Both the position numbers and the translations under genes were made by a program. Shown piece after piece: positions 1 through 12,950 of a stretch of 64,000 nucleotides of DNA; position 1 is the first letter of the stretch; the number at the start of each line of letters is the position of its first letter. A model generated the notes under the pieces. The model had not been told where the DNA came from and did no database searches. It was given only the letters and a program-made list of their open reading frames with translations. The stretch is from NCBI GenBank assembly GCA_002269645.1, contig NIVC01001593.1, positions 177,960-241,959 of the forward strand, in the 5' to 3' direction. This DNA comes from Macrostomum lignano. Lineage: Eukaryota.

Positions 1-2030
1 TGTTTTTCCACATTCTCCATGTATCTCCACATTCTCCATGTTTCTCCACATTCTCCATGTTTCTCCACATTCTCCATGTTTCTCCACATTCTCCATGTTT
101 CTCCACATTCTCCATGTATCTCCACATTCTCCATGTTTCTCCACATTCTCTGTGTTTTTCCACATTCTCCATGTATCTCCACATTCTCCATGTTTCTCCA
201 CATTCTCCGTGTTTTTCCACATTCTCCATGTATCTCCACATTCTCCATGTTTCTCCACATTCTCCATGTTTCTCCACATTCTCCATGTTTCTCCACATTC
301 TCCATGTTTCTCCACATTCTCCATGTTTCTCCACATTCTCCATGTTTCTCCACATTCTCCATGTTTCTCCACATTCTCCATGTATCTCCACATTCTCCAT
401 GTTTCTCCACATTCTCTGTGTTTTTCCACATTCTCCATGTATCTCCACATTCTCCATGTTTCTCCACATTCTCCGTGTTTTTCCACATTCTCCATGTATC
501 TCCACATTCTCCATGTTTCTCCACATTCTCCATGTTTCTCCACATTCTCCATGTTTCTCCACATTCTCCATGTTTCTCCACATTCTCCATGTTTCTCCAC
601 ATTCTCCATGTTTCTCCACATTCTCCATGTATCTCCACATTCTCCATGTTTCTCCACATTCTCTGTGTTTTTCCACATTCTCCATGTATCTCCACATTCT
701 CCATGTTTCTCCACATTCTCCGTGTTTTTCCACATTCTCCATGTATCTCCACATTCTCCATGTTTCTCCACATTCTCCATGTTTCTCCACATTCTCCATG
801 TTTCTCCACATTCTCCATGTTTCTCCACATTCTCCATGTTTCTCCACATTCTCCATGTTTCTCCACATTCTCCATGTTTCTCCACATTCTCCATGTATCT
901 CCACATTCTCCATGTTTCTCCACATTCTCTGTGTTTTTCCACATTCTCCATGTATCTCCACATTCTCCATGTTTCTCCACATTCTCCGTGTTTTTCCACA
1001 TTCTCCATGTATCTCCACATTCTCCATGTTTCTCCACATTCTCCATGTTTCTCCACATTCTCCATGTTTCTCCACATTCTCCGCAATTCTCCACAATTCT
1101 CCGCAATTCTCCACATTTCTCTACAATTCTCCACATTTCTCTACAATTCTCCACATTTCTCCATGTATCTCCACATTCTCCATGTTTCTCCACATTCTCT
1201 GTGTTTTTCCACATTCTCCATGTATCTCCACATTCTCCATGTTTCTCCACATTCTCCATATTTCTCCACAATTCTCCACATTCTCCATGTTTCTCCACAT
1301 TCTCCATGTATCTCCACATTCTCCGTGTTTCTCCACATTCTCTGTGTTTTTCCACATTCTCCATGTATCTCCACATTCTCCATGTTTCTCCACATTCTCC
1401 GTGTTTTTCCACATTCTCCATGTATCTCCACATTCTCCATGTTTCTCCACATTCTCCATGTTTCTCCACATTCTCCATGTTTCTCCACATTCTCCATGTT
1501 TCTCCACATTCTCCATGTTTCTCCACATTCTCCATGTTTCTCCACATTCTCCATGTTTCTCCACATTCTCCATGTATCTCCACATTCTCCATGTTTCTCC
1601 ACATTCTCTGTGTTTTTCCACATTCTCCATGTATCTCCACATTCTCCATGTTTCTCCACATTCTCCATGTTTCTCCACATTCTCCGTGTTTCTCCACATT
1701 CTCCATGTTTCTCCACATTCTCCATGTATCTCCACATTCTCCATGTTTCTCCACATTCTCCGTGTTTTTCCACATTCTCCATGTATCTCCACATTCTCCA
1801 TGTTTCTCCACATTCTCCATGTTTCTCCACATTCTCCGTGTTTCTCCACATTCTCCATGTTTCTCCACATTCTCCATGTATCTCCACATTCTCCATGTTT
1901 CTCCACATTCTCCATGTTTCTCCACATTCTCCGTGTTTTTCCACATTCTCCATGTATCTCCACATTCTCCATGTTTCTCCACATTCTCCATGTTTCTCCA
2001 CATTCTCCATGTTTCTCCACATTCTCCGCA
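1..2030. repeat. 19-bp satellite (TTTCTCCACATTCTCCATG)n with 10-mer interruptions; continues off the window start
   Basis: 19-bp period seen directly. Variant monomers containing CTGTGTTTTTCC recur at 151, 417, 664 and 930. The long ORFs in all three + frames are by-products of the repeat. Confidence 0.97.
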
Positions 2031-3335
2031 ATTCTCCACAATTCTCCGCAATTCTCCACATTTCTCTACAATTCTCCACATTTCTCTACAATTCTCCACA
2101 TTTCTCCACAATTCTCCACATTTCTCCACAATTCTCCACATTTCTCCACAATTCTCCGCAATTCTCCACATTTCTCTACAATTCTCCACATTTCTCTACA
2201 ATTCTCCACATTTCTCTACATTTCTCCACATTTCTCTACATTTCTCCACATTTCTCCACATTTCTCCACAATTCTCCACATTTCTCCACAATTCTCCACA
2301 TTTCTCCACAATTCTCCACATTTATCTACATTTCTCCACATTTCTCTACATTTCTCCACATTTCTCCACATTTCTCCACATTTCTCTACAATTCTCCACA
2401 TTTCTCCACAATTCTCCACATTTCTCCACAATTCTCCACATTTCTCCACAATTCTCCACATTTCTCCACATTTCTCCACAATTCTCTACATTTATCTACA
2501 TTTCTCCACATTTCTCTACATTTCTCCACATTTCTCCACATTTCTCCACATTTCTCCACATTTCTCCATATTTCTCCACAATTCTCCACAATTCTCCACA
2601 ATTCTCCACAATTCTCCACATTTCTCCACAATTCTCCACATTTCTCCACAATTCTCCACATTTCTCCACAATTCTCCACATTTATCTACATTTCTCCACA
2701 TTTCTCTACATTTCTCCACATTTCTCCACAATTCTCCACATTTCTCCACAATTCTCCACATTTCTCCACAATTCTCCACATTTCTCCACAATTCTCTCTC
2801 CACAATTCTCTACATTTATCTACATTTCTCCACATTTCTCTACATTTCTCATTTCTCCACATTTCTCTACATTTCTCCACATTTCTCCATATTTCTCCAC
2901 AATTCTCCACAATTCTCCATATTTCTCCACAATTCTCCACATTTCTCCACAATTCTCCACATTTCTCCACAATTCTCCACATTTCTCCACAATTCTCCAC
3001 ATTTATCTACATTTCTCCACATTTCTCTACATTTCTCCACATTTCTCCACAATTCTCCACATTTCTCCACAATTCTCCACATTTCTCCACAATTCTCCAC
3101 ATTTATCTACATTTCTCCACATTTCTCCACAATTCTCCACATTTCTCCACAATTCTCCACATTTCTCCACAATTCTCTACAATTCTCTACAATTCTCTAC
3201 AATTCTCCACATTTCTCCACAATTCTCTACAATTCTCTACAATTCTCTACAATTCTCCACATTTCTCCACAATTCTCCACAATTCTCTACAATTCTCTAC
3301 AATTCTCTACAATTCTTCATGTTTCTCCACATTCC
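2031..3335. repeat. 10/20-bp satellite (TTTCTCCACA / ATTCTCCACA)n
   Basis: Tandem 10-mers, often alternating as a 20-mer, contiguous with the 19-mer array. Confidence 0.96.
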
Positions 3336-4499
3336 AGAGCCTCACAAGTTGGCAACCAATGAATCAATCCTCCCCAGAAATCGGAAATCTGAAGTGCTTC
3401 AATCGGTCATCATTAATTTATGACCCTGTCAGTAAGTTTCGTGCGCGCCAATTGTTGGCTATGCATTAAATTTCACTGCCAGCCCCCCCTGGCAATTAAT
3501 TATGACACAGAGACTGAGCGAGTGGAGTAATTATGGATTGGCTGCCTACGACTTGATGAAGCCACAACGTGCAGGCGCATAGAATATTAAATGAGGGGCC
3601 CCGGAGACCGCTTCTCAATCAGCGGCCTGCTCCACCGTGAGAATCCCATTGGGGGGGGGGGAATAGAGGCCGCAGTTTGCAGCAGATCTCCAGCTCTAAA
3701 AAGAAATCCAATGGCTACTGCTGCTGGAGGCTTGGCAGGCCCGCGGTTGACTTTTGCCAAATCATTATTCACCATCATTTAAAAGGTGGAAGGGTGGCAA
3801 AGCTGCAGCTGAAAGAGATGGAGAAAGCGTCCCAGCTGGTGAATACTGTTTGCCGCGGCCTGGAAGCTGCGGCTGGGCAAATATTCAGCTCTGAATAAAT
3901 TATGATAATTAAGAGGCGCCGCCAATCCTGCGCATGCTCGGTATTCGAAACGCGCACCAAATTTTTTTGCCGTAAAAAGCAGAAGCTTATGCGATCATAA
4001 AGCATCGGCTGTAAATAATTTATTGCTCTTTTTCGTTGGATTCCGTCGCGGCGAATGCGTGGTGCATGGAAGTCTCTAGAACTGTAGAGTAGCACTTTCC
4101 CCTATGCTGTTGATCAGTTTATGCTGTTAGCCCCTCGCGAGCTAGGCCAGTTTTAGGACTTTGAGGATTCCAGTTTTAGGAATTGTTTTTTAATGATGAT
4201 TCTTTAAATCTGTGAAGTAAAGCAAATCTGTGATCAAACTAATAATGGGTAATGGCGCATTGTATATGGTACACATACGAGCTAGCTGGGACATTATTTC
4301 AGCACAGTGAATGTGCGCAGGTTAAGCCATTGACGAAATCGCAAGATGTAGAATGAGTGAAATAGTGGAGTTGAAGGCACTGGTAGGCTTTGACTTACTT
4401 GACTTAGCTGCAGGGCGGTCTGAAGACGCAGCGGGGAGGCGAGCGTCGCCCATTCCGCTAATCCCTGAAAGACCCGCAAAGGCTAGGGCGCGGGGCCGG

Positions 4500-7400
4500 T
4501 CAGGGAGGTCTGCCGGTCCTGTCTGCAGCGTTTTCTTCGGTGGGGAAGACAGAGGCTCGTTTGGTGGCCCTGAGGAACCGGATGAGCCGTGGGATGTTCT
4601 CGGGCCGGCAAGCGTCGTCCAGGGACGGGTTGGGCCCGAGCTGGCTGAGCCGGTCTTCGTTTTCGTCTTCGTTCTCGAGGTTGCAGAAAGGGCAGAGTTC
4701 GCTCCGGCGAACACTTCGGAGGAAACAGTGCCTGGCAAAAGCAACCGTGACCTGTGAAGGTCATAGTGAGAGCGCGGATATCTTTTCGATTTTGATTCAG
4801 AATGATTCTCCGCAGCTTGAGGGCCGGATTGGGCACTGCCGCATGGGATTGGCGGCATTGGAAATGCCATCCCATCTGCGCAAGTGCAGGATGTCCGCCC
4901 AGTCGTTAATTTGACGATTAATGACCGTGGCGGGGATGGGGGCCAGAGGCACGGGGTCAAGTAGCGAGCTGGAGCTACCCGCCTTGACCTTTGAAACCGG
5001 CGTGACCTGGGATCCACGTAAGCCGGACGGTGTTTCTCCGAGCCAGCTTGTTGAGCTGCCCGATACAGTCGCGGACTGATCGGGAGTTCGTAGTGGTGTG
5101 ACACAGGGCCTGCAAAGCGGCCTGGCTGTCAGAGTGGAAGAAGATTCTTCTGTCTTTGAAGTCCCTGGAGTGGAGCTCAGCTGCACAGGAGCTGATGGCA
5201 AGGACTTCGTTCTGGAAGACGCTAGAGAATCTGCCAGTGTGTTGGGCGAGAGTGGCGATCACGCGGCCGTTAAGGATACAGACTCCAAAGCCGGATAAAC
5301 CGTCTTTGGAGGATCCGTCAGTGAAGCAGTGAACCTCCTGAGGGGCCCGGCTGTTGTTGGCGTTCTCCCTAGAGGGGATCGTGACCTTGAAGCGTTGGTA
5401 GAGATTGAGAAAGCGCGGCTCAGCGTCCGAAAGGACAGCCGCACTCCCACTCTCCTCCAGAACTTTAAGGCACAGGTCAGAGTGCGGCAGGAGCTTGCGC
5501 TTCGCCATCGCTCTTTGTGGCTTGAAGCGAACACCAGCTTCGATGAGCCGGCGGGTGGTTTTAGCAGCCTCGCGACGGACGAAGATGTCCAGAGGCGGGA
5601 GGCAGAGGAAGGCGTTGAGGCCGTCAAAGGGAGCAGAGAGCGGGGCATTCAAGATCATGCGGCACGCGCGTCCCTGCACCTTTTTGAGGGCTTCGTGGCA
5701 TGTTTTAATCTGCAAGGCGCAGGTCCAGACCAGGCCGGCGTAAGTAACGGCCGGTCGGACCATTGCGGTATAGATCCACCAGAGCCGCTTCGGGGTGAGG
5801 CCCCAGGTGGTGCCGACGGCCCTGCGCAGCTGCGCAAGAATCGCGAGGGCTTTTTTGGTTTTGGTCTGAACGCGCCCTAGCCTATGCGGGCTTCTCAGGG
5901 AGTAGCGGAATGGGCGACGCTCGCCTCCCCGCTGCGTCTTCAGACCGCCCTGCAGCTAAGTCAAGTAAGTCAAAGCCTACCAGTGCCTTCAACTCCACTA
6001 TTTCACTCATTCTACATCTTGCGATTTCGTCAATGGCTTAATCTGCGCACATTCACTGTGCTGAAATAATGTCCCAGCTAGCTCGTATGTGTACCATATA
6101 TGCGCCATTACCCATTATTCGTTTGATCACAGATTTGATCACAGTGTAACGCCGAGACACTTGGTTCGCTTGCAGGATGGGATTTCCACGCGTAAAGCTT
6201 TAGTGGGCGAATACGCCAGTTGACCCCGCTGGTGAACATGATCGCGACAGTTTTGGTCTCGGAGAGCCTGAGGCCGCACCAGTCCGCCCATTGTTCAGCA
6301 GAGCGAAAAATTTTTTGCAGAAGATCCCTAAGGGTTTCGGGTGACGGTTCGGATGCTACAGCTGTGACGTCATCGGCGTAACCGACCTTAAGGATGGGGT
6401 CAAGATGGCTGTCCTGAAGGAGCTCATCGATGACCATGTTTCAGAGAACTGGAGAGAGGACACCGCCTTGGGGGCTGCCTTTGCAGACGGTTACCGTCCG
6501 TTGGTGGCCCAACAGGTGTGCGGTGGCAGTAACGGTGGCTGATCACTTACATGATCCACCGGGTGAGGTGCGAGTGGGTTCCTCTAGCACGTAGAGCTCT
6601 GTCAGAAGCCTCAAAGAGGACATTATCGAAGGCTCCAACAATGTCGAGGAAGACAGCGAGAGCGTAGCCATTATCAAGAACGGCTTTCTCCAGCATGTCG
6701 ACCAAGACGTGAAGCGCGCTATCCGTGGACCTGCCTGCCCTAAAGGAGTGCTGGTTCTCTTTGAGCGGCTTGTTCTTCAGTTCCACAGAGAGGAGGCGCC
6801 AAAGCACCAGTCTCTAACAGCTTCACCAGTGAGGAGGTGAGGCTAATTGGTCTGAAGGATTTAATGGACCGGTAGTCCGGTCGGCCGGGCTTGGGGATAA
6901 AAACCACCCTGGCCTCGGTTCACGTTTTCGGAACAAAGCCGAGTACAATGCAAGCTTCCAGGAGCCGGCAAAGGTTCCGCAGGAAACCGGTGCATTTCAC
7001 CGCCTCACACAGGAAGATTGGCACAACGCCGTCCGGTCCTGGGGATTTGAAGGGTTTGAAGGAGGAGACTGCTTTAGTGACGCGGTCCTGCGTAATGATT
7101 GAGTCAGCCGAAACATGTCGGCCCACTGAGTGGTCAGGGGGTCGGGCCTGGCTGGCTCGTTCGGGAAAAACGCTGTTAGCATCGCCTCCAGCGTTTCTCC
7201 TGGGTTCTCAGTGAGCGAGCCGTCGGCTCTCTTTACTGATGAGAGTTTGGACATTTTGTCCAGAGTGAGGGCTTTAACGATTCTGGAGGTGGGGCGGGAG
7301 CCCTCAAGTTCCTCACAGTATTCGCGCCACTTATTGGTTTTTGTGTTCCTAACCTGCCTCTTGAACTCGTGGATAGAGTTCAGGTAGGCGGTTTGGTCGG

Positions 7401-8616
7401 CCGGGTTTTTAGTTTTTTGGGCCATACTGTGAAGTCTTTTAGCTCTGCGACGGAGGTCGCCAAGCTGCGGGTTCCACCATGGGGCCGACTGTTTGCCTTT
7501 ATATGCCTTTAGTGGGCATGAGGCTTCGAAGGCAGCAGTGAGCGAGTCCGTGAGTACGGCCGCAAAATTCACCTGCTTCCTCGCAGGTGTTGATGGAGAC
7601 TGGAGCGCTAGTGCAACGATAGGTCTCCTCCAAGGCAAGCCTGAAGGCGGTCCAATCGGTATTCCTAGCTGTTGTGTATTGCAAAGGCATGCAATGCGTA
7701 GGGATAGTTCGGGGGCAGCGTTTCTAGAAACTTCCACCGCGGACTTGTTTACGCATAGTTCCAGAAGTTCCTTCCCCGGTCTTTCTAGAACTTTCCTTCC
7801 CCGCGTGCATAAATATACGAGCCGCCCTCCTATTGGCCAACCCTTCTTTTGGTGCCACTGAGCGCCCGGATAATTATCTATCTTGTTTCTGCGTTCGTTA
7901 ATTCCACAACAGAACACTAGCATTCCGTTTCCGTTCCGTTTCGGGCGCCGGCCAGCGTGAAAGAGATGAACTTGTGATCGGAGAGGGACGCCTTAGGAAG
8001 CACCCGCCACTCTCTAGTGCTCCGGAAGAGCCTGGGCGTGGCAAGGGTGGCATCCAGCACCTCCGATCGGCGTCCGTTATTGAAGGTAGGGGTGCTACCC
8101 GAGTTACAGAACTTAAGGCTAGTAATAGTTATATAAGCCAGGAAGTCTTTACCTCTCTGGTTAATATCAGAACTGCCCCAGTGGGTGTGGTGGGCATTGA
8201 TATCGCCTGCCACAAGCAGCTCATAATTTCTGGTGGAGCAAAGCTCGACCTGGGATCATCTCGCCGTCGCCCGGTAGGTAAACCGAAGCGATGAGGGTAG
8301 TCCTCCCAGGGAGTATGTCTTCAGATTGGATGACGCAGATGTCCCTGGTGGACAGGTCCGATCTGAGCCATGCGTTAATAGAACTGGACACCATGATGCA
8401 GGATCTTGGTGTCAGGTTTCCCTCCGGGTGCCTGCGGTTAAACACTGGCAGCCGGTGGGGACATGTTGGGGGCTGCCTGCCCCTTAGCATCCACGGTTCC
8501 TGGATAAGGATAATCCCTGGTGCGTATTGGTCAGTGTGCTTCAAGAGGTTGACTGAAGCAGCAATGCTATGCTGCAGGTTGACCTGCAAGCAGTGAATGC
8601 CCTGGGAGACAGTCAT
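4500..8616 (-). pseudogene. LINE ORF2 (APE endonuclease, reverse transcriptase, RNase H, Cys motif), fragmented
   Basis: Track fragments 8221-8616, 7917-8213, 6997-7923, 6547-6807, 6108-6437 and 4975-5763 carry consecutive ORF2 motifs. Interrupted at 5871-6137. Confidence 0.9.
5871..6137 (+). mobile_element. Inverted copy of the LINE's own 3' end (4223-4492) inserted into ORF2
   Basis: Reverse complement of 4223-4492 with about 7 substitutions and one 3-bp indel. Lies between LGVTL and VQTKTKKA in the RT-thumb region. Confidence 0.9.
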
Positions 8617-8618
8617 GT

Positions 8619-10075
8619 CTACTGTCCAGGGGAGGAGAAAGGCAACCCATTTTCAGCCTCATCGGTGAGAGTTGAGCCGCCAATTTCCATTGGCTCAGGC
8701 TCAGCCGCCTCCCCAGCCGCCGCGGAGGCGGACACGGCGCCCACGGCAGGTGAGTCACCTAGCCGCGCTACACCGCCCTCCTCCCCAGCGACTGGGGTAC
8801 GGCTGCTGCCTTTGCCTTGCGCCCCGCCGTCGGGAGTCTGAGCTCGGCCGGCAGCATCCTCCTGGTGGCAATCCACCAGTTGGATGGTTGAGCCGTGCCG
8901 TCGTCCAGCTCCTTCGGCTGGCTTTGTGTGGTTTTACGAGCGGCATGAGTCTGCTCGAGGTGAAGTCTCATAGACTGAGCTTCGTCAAGTGCGCGCTGGA
9001 TTAGCCCGGACCGCCGGTTACTGCGGTCGGGTCTACGTCCGCGCGAGGCAGACTCAGCAGCGCGAATAGCCTTATTAGGCTCGGGATCGGGTTGCTGCTG
9101 CCGCTTGGCCGGCGGAGCCTGAGCCCCAGCTCCGGGAGCGGCACGCTTCCCGTCGTTCTTAGACTCCACCTTGCCCTCCTGACAGCGGAGGATGGTCAGT
9201 TGGTGGAGACCAAAGTGGAGGTTTGAGCCTTGCGGACCGTGTTGTGGTACACAAGACCACTGGCGTCAAGATCCGGGTGCCGCTTGAGCAGGAGCTGCCG
9301 CAGGTGCTCCCTGGACTTGATCGCACTGTCGGCCGGGACCCAAATCCGATGGCGGATGGTCTTCGGCCGCTCGCTCTCCAAGGCGAAGGTCAGCTGGCCC
9401 AGGTCGCTGTGCCAGTCGAACTTGGGCAGCTGATCCCGCAGGAGCTGGGTGCTCTCCTCGGATTTGCACCACAGTAGGATGCACCCGTTCGCCTTGGTGG
9501 ACTTAAAGATGTCCACGAAGACGCCCTCCAGTGTTAGATTGAGCAGGCCCTCGTCGATGGTGCGCCATAGTGCGCGCGACGTCGAGCTGCTCGGGCGTCA
9601 GATCGAAGTCTCCACCGAGGATCATCACGGCGGGTTGCAGCGGCTGCTTGACCTTGGAGGCGTAGGGCTCGGAGGTCTTGAGCGGGGCCGCTTTGTCCTT
9701 GGAAGGCGGTAGGCCGGCAGGGTTGCCCCCCTGAGAGTCCGAGGACACGGCGGTTCCTGACGGCCCAGCCGCGCCACCGGACTCCCCAGAGGGCTTCCCC
9801 GCCGCGGTGGCTCCCAAAGGCCTCACCGCGGCTTGCCCGCCCTCCGCGGACGCAGCAGCAGCCCGCTTCTCCTGCCGCTTACGGTTGCGGCAGATGTTTT
9901 GCTGCCGTCGGGACTCGGCCGTGCGCGGTCGGCTAGACTGGCGGCCAGGGTGCTCGGCGGCAGCGTCAGCTGGCCCGGTTGGACCAGGTTGGGCGTTGGA
10001 GCTACCAGTGGTAGCTACCGGAGCGGCTGATTTCGGTGGGCCAGTTTCTTTTGGGATGGTGGCGTTAGTGGCCAT
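8619..10075 (-). pseudogene. LINE ORF1, frameshifted; Ala/Pro/Gly-rich N-terminus and a central RIWVP...LLLKRHPDL domain
   Basis: ATG at 10075; pieces lie in several frames. The TAG stop at 8619-8621 is followed 2 nt later by the ORF2 ATG at 8616. Resemblance to LOA-type ORF1 is inference. Confidence 0.7.
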
Positions 10076-11269
10076 AGCTGAAAAGCGGGGGAGGGCTACT
10101 CGTTACGCGAGTTGAGTACCCGACTGGCCGACACCCCAAGCCAACCGGTTTGAAAAAGGGACCGCTAGCGACCGGACTACTCCCCGGCCTTCCAGCCCAT
10201 CGGCACGGTCAAACACCTTAGGCATTAGAGGGTACGTTGAGCAGTACCACGGCCTGCAGGCTGGTGAGCCAGACCCGCATACCCAAATTCGGCCCAAGCC
10301 ACTGGATGGGTCCCCAGCGCCGGAGCCCAGTCAGTCCAGCAGCCCTAGGGTCTGCCTTGAACACACGCGGGGACGGGTACCCCTGGGTCGGCTTGCGAGA
10401 CAGCCTGGGGGGGTCTGCGGCTGCCAGCGGCAAATAGAGGGTGCAGACCTCCCACCAGCCTTTACCAGGCCCATAGGCCTGGTCTGTCTCATACTTCACT
10501 GGCATGCTGAATACGCCTTCGCGTGCAAGGCACTGGTAGGGCTGGGCCATAGACGAAACTGATGGACAACGGCGGGGCCAAAAGGAGATGGAGCTGAAGG
10601 CTCTAGCTAGGAAAACAGAGAGAGTCGAGAGAGAGACCTCAGTGGCCTTAGACCCCAGCAGTTCTATTTTAAAGCCTATTAAAAATGGCCCTCATCATTT
10701 CTACACTTCAGCGTGAGCAGACCCGACGCATCGCTCGCTTCTTTGAGAACTGCCGTTTTGAGCCCTGCACTTTCAACTTTCAATCAATGGTTACGAGCGT
10801 ATTACATTACCTGTTAATCTATATACAGACCCTTGAGATGCTAAGCCGGATTCTAGAATCCCCGATCTCCATGGCTGAGCAACAGCGGCTTGAAGTTTCC
10901 CAACCTTAGCCCTTCGGTGTTTGCCCAGGCTGCCGCTGCCGACGCCTTCTCTCTGCTTCTAAAAGCAGCAAAAATGAGTGCATGGCAGCGGTCTCTCTTG
11001 CTTTTTTTCTTTGACCCTGAAATGCCAGGCGTTCCATGCTGGGTAAACAGCTGGCGCTCGGATCCGCCTGGTAACCAAATCAGCCTCGATTTTGTAAGTT
11101 TTAAAAAATTCAAACCGATTTGCTGGTGGCCCCCCGACTTTGGTTTATGGACTGTTCTGGCCGCAGCAGTTCTGGCCTCTGCTCGTGTCGTACGGCTTCT
11201 CTTTTCTGACTTGAACTGTTCTCTTCTGACCCCAGGTTCACTGCCGGCTGTCCCTCTCGCCTTTCTCTG

Positions 11270-11334
11270 ACTCTCTCCTCTCTCTCTCTCCTCTCTAACT
11301 CTTTCCTATCTCTTCCTCTCTCTCTCTCCTCTCT

Positions 11335-11410
<76 letters not shown>

Positions 11411-11411
11411 C
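11270..11411. repeat. (CT)n microsatellite
   Basis: Seen directly. Confidence 0.95.
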
Positions 11412-11782
11412 AGATTCCCCCCTTCTCCTTCTTCTCTCTACAGGCTGGATCCTGCAGCTTGATTTTAGCAATTCAAAGTCGCTTAGTGCAATATATTTTA
11501 TCCCGTATGCTGTTTACTGCATTCGCCGAGCCTTTTGAATAAGCGGGCGGCGCATTGAATAAAAGACTGCCTCAGCCAAATAGAATAATTAATAGCTCGA
11601 TGAAATTCGTATGATAGCAAAGAACTGCCGCTAATGCTGGGCAAAAGAATATTGCAAAAATCAGTACCTACCGACTTTCTTCTTCAACGATTGCGAGCTG
11701 AGGACCTGCACTGGAAATTCGGGCCATCGAGAGCGCGCTCTTGACCTGGATGCCAAGGACTTCAGGCAGCCATCATATCCGT

Positions 11783-12034
11783 GTCAGTCAGTCAGTCAGT
11801 CAGTCAGTCAGTCAGTCAGTCAGTCAGTCAGTCAGTCAGTCAGTCAGTCAGTCAGTCAGTCAGTCAGTCAGTCAGTCAGTCAGTCAGTCAGTCAGTCAGT
11901 CAGTCAGTCAGTCAGTCAGTCAGTCAGTCAGTCAGTCAGTCAGTCAGTCAGTCAGTCAGTCAGTCAGTCAGTCAGTCAGTCAGTCAGTCAGTCAGTCAGT
12001 CAGTCAGTCAGTCAGTCAGTCAGTCAGTCAGTCA
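11783..12034. repeat. (GTCA)63 tetranucleotide microsatellite
   Basis: 252 bp of perfect GTCA abutting the RTE fragment. Confidence 0.97.
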
Positions 12035-12950
12035 GTCGACGAAACGCCGAGTGCGCGCCTGCCCCCGCGCCGAGTGCGCGCCTGCCTAGGGTGCCTGCAG
12101 CGTCAGCAGCAGCACCTCCTGCACCGGCTGTGGGCAGTACCACTCGGCTCGGATGATGTGGCCTGCCAGCTGGAGTCACCGACGGCGCAACAGTTCGCTG
12201 GGACGGGACAGGCCGGTGCGGCGATAGAGTGCCGCATTGGTCACTCGCTCGTAGCCGATCTTGAAGGCGGCACGCAGCAGGCCAGCGTGCGCCGCATCAA
12301 CCTGTTGTTCGAGCGAACCTGTCAGCGTCCCGGTCTCGGCATTCTTCAACAGGACGGTCTCGATCACCGCCTGGAACAACGCCGCCCTCTGGCTGTCGGG
12401 CAGGGCCTCGGACTGCAGGACATCCCTCGCGAACGTCAGTCACCAGACCTCCGAAGTAGACGAACTGCTGACAGCACGGAAGCTTCGTCACCTGCCCGTC
12501 GGCGCCTCGGCAGAAAATTGCAGCCTCGGTGTCGTCCGGCACGCAGAGCACCACGGACCAGGCCGACACTCACCGCAACGGCCACCAGCCGGTCCAGCTG
12601 GCGTTGGGCGCCCTCGACGGTCGAGGACAGCAGGGCGAGATCGTCGGCGTAGCCCAGCACGCTGAGCCGCCTTTTCGGTTGGCGTCGACCCACGCGTCGC
12701 TGCAGCAGGAAGCCGTCATCGTTAGAAGGGAGAGCAGTCCGCAGCACCCAGTCAAGCACCAGGACGAACAGGAACGGTGCAATCGTGTATCCCCCTGAAG
12801 CACCCCAGAGGATTTCTCAAAGAATTCCGACAGGCCGTCCGGTGTCAGCACAGCAGCGTTCGTGCCATGATACAGCGCCATGATGGCGGAAACCAGCTGC
12901 CTCTGGCACGTTGTACACACGTTGTACGCAAGAGCTTGCATGCATGTCTT
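12035..12950 (-). mobile_element. RTE-clade LINE fragment (RT domain to near the C-terminus), decayed
   Basis: GVLQGDT, VLGYADDLALLS, FQAVIETVLL..AET, TNAALYRRTGL, LQLAGHIIR and RGQARTRRFVD across frameshifts. Confidence 0.88.

Larger units (their letters stand above)
4223..10550 (-). mobile_element. Non-LTR retrotransposon, LOA/Lian-like (ORF1 + APE-RT-RNase H ORF2), decayed by frameshifts and deletions
   Basis: APE motifs QVNLQHS, ILIQEPW, AGDINAHHTHWGS, SDHKF. RT motifs KSPGPDG, FLDIVGAFDNV, VGYADDV. Thumb motif WGLTPKRLWWIYTAMVRPAVTYAGLVW. RNase H motifs FTDGS, FQNEVLAI, SDSQAAL, WIPGH. C-terminal CPFC. 5' boundary is approximate and no TSD was found. Confidence 0.9.

Noticed and set aside
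19-3469. 1100-aa ORFs in all three + frames
   Set aside because: Translations of stop-free 19/10-bp satellite; the same peptide appears in every frame.
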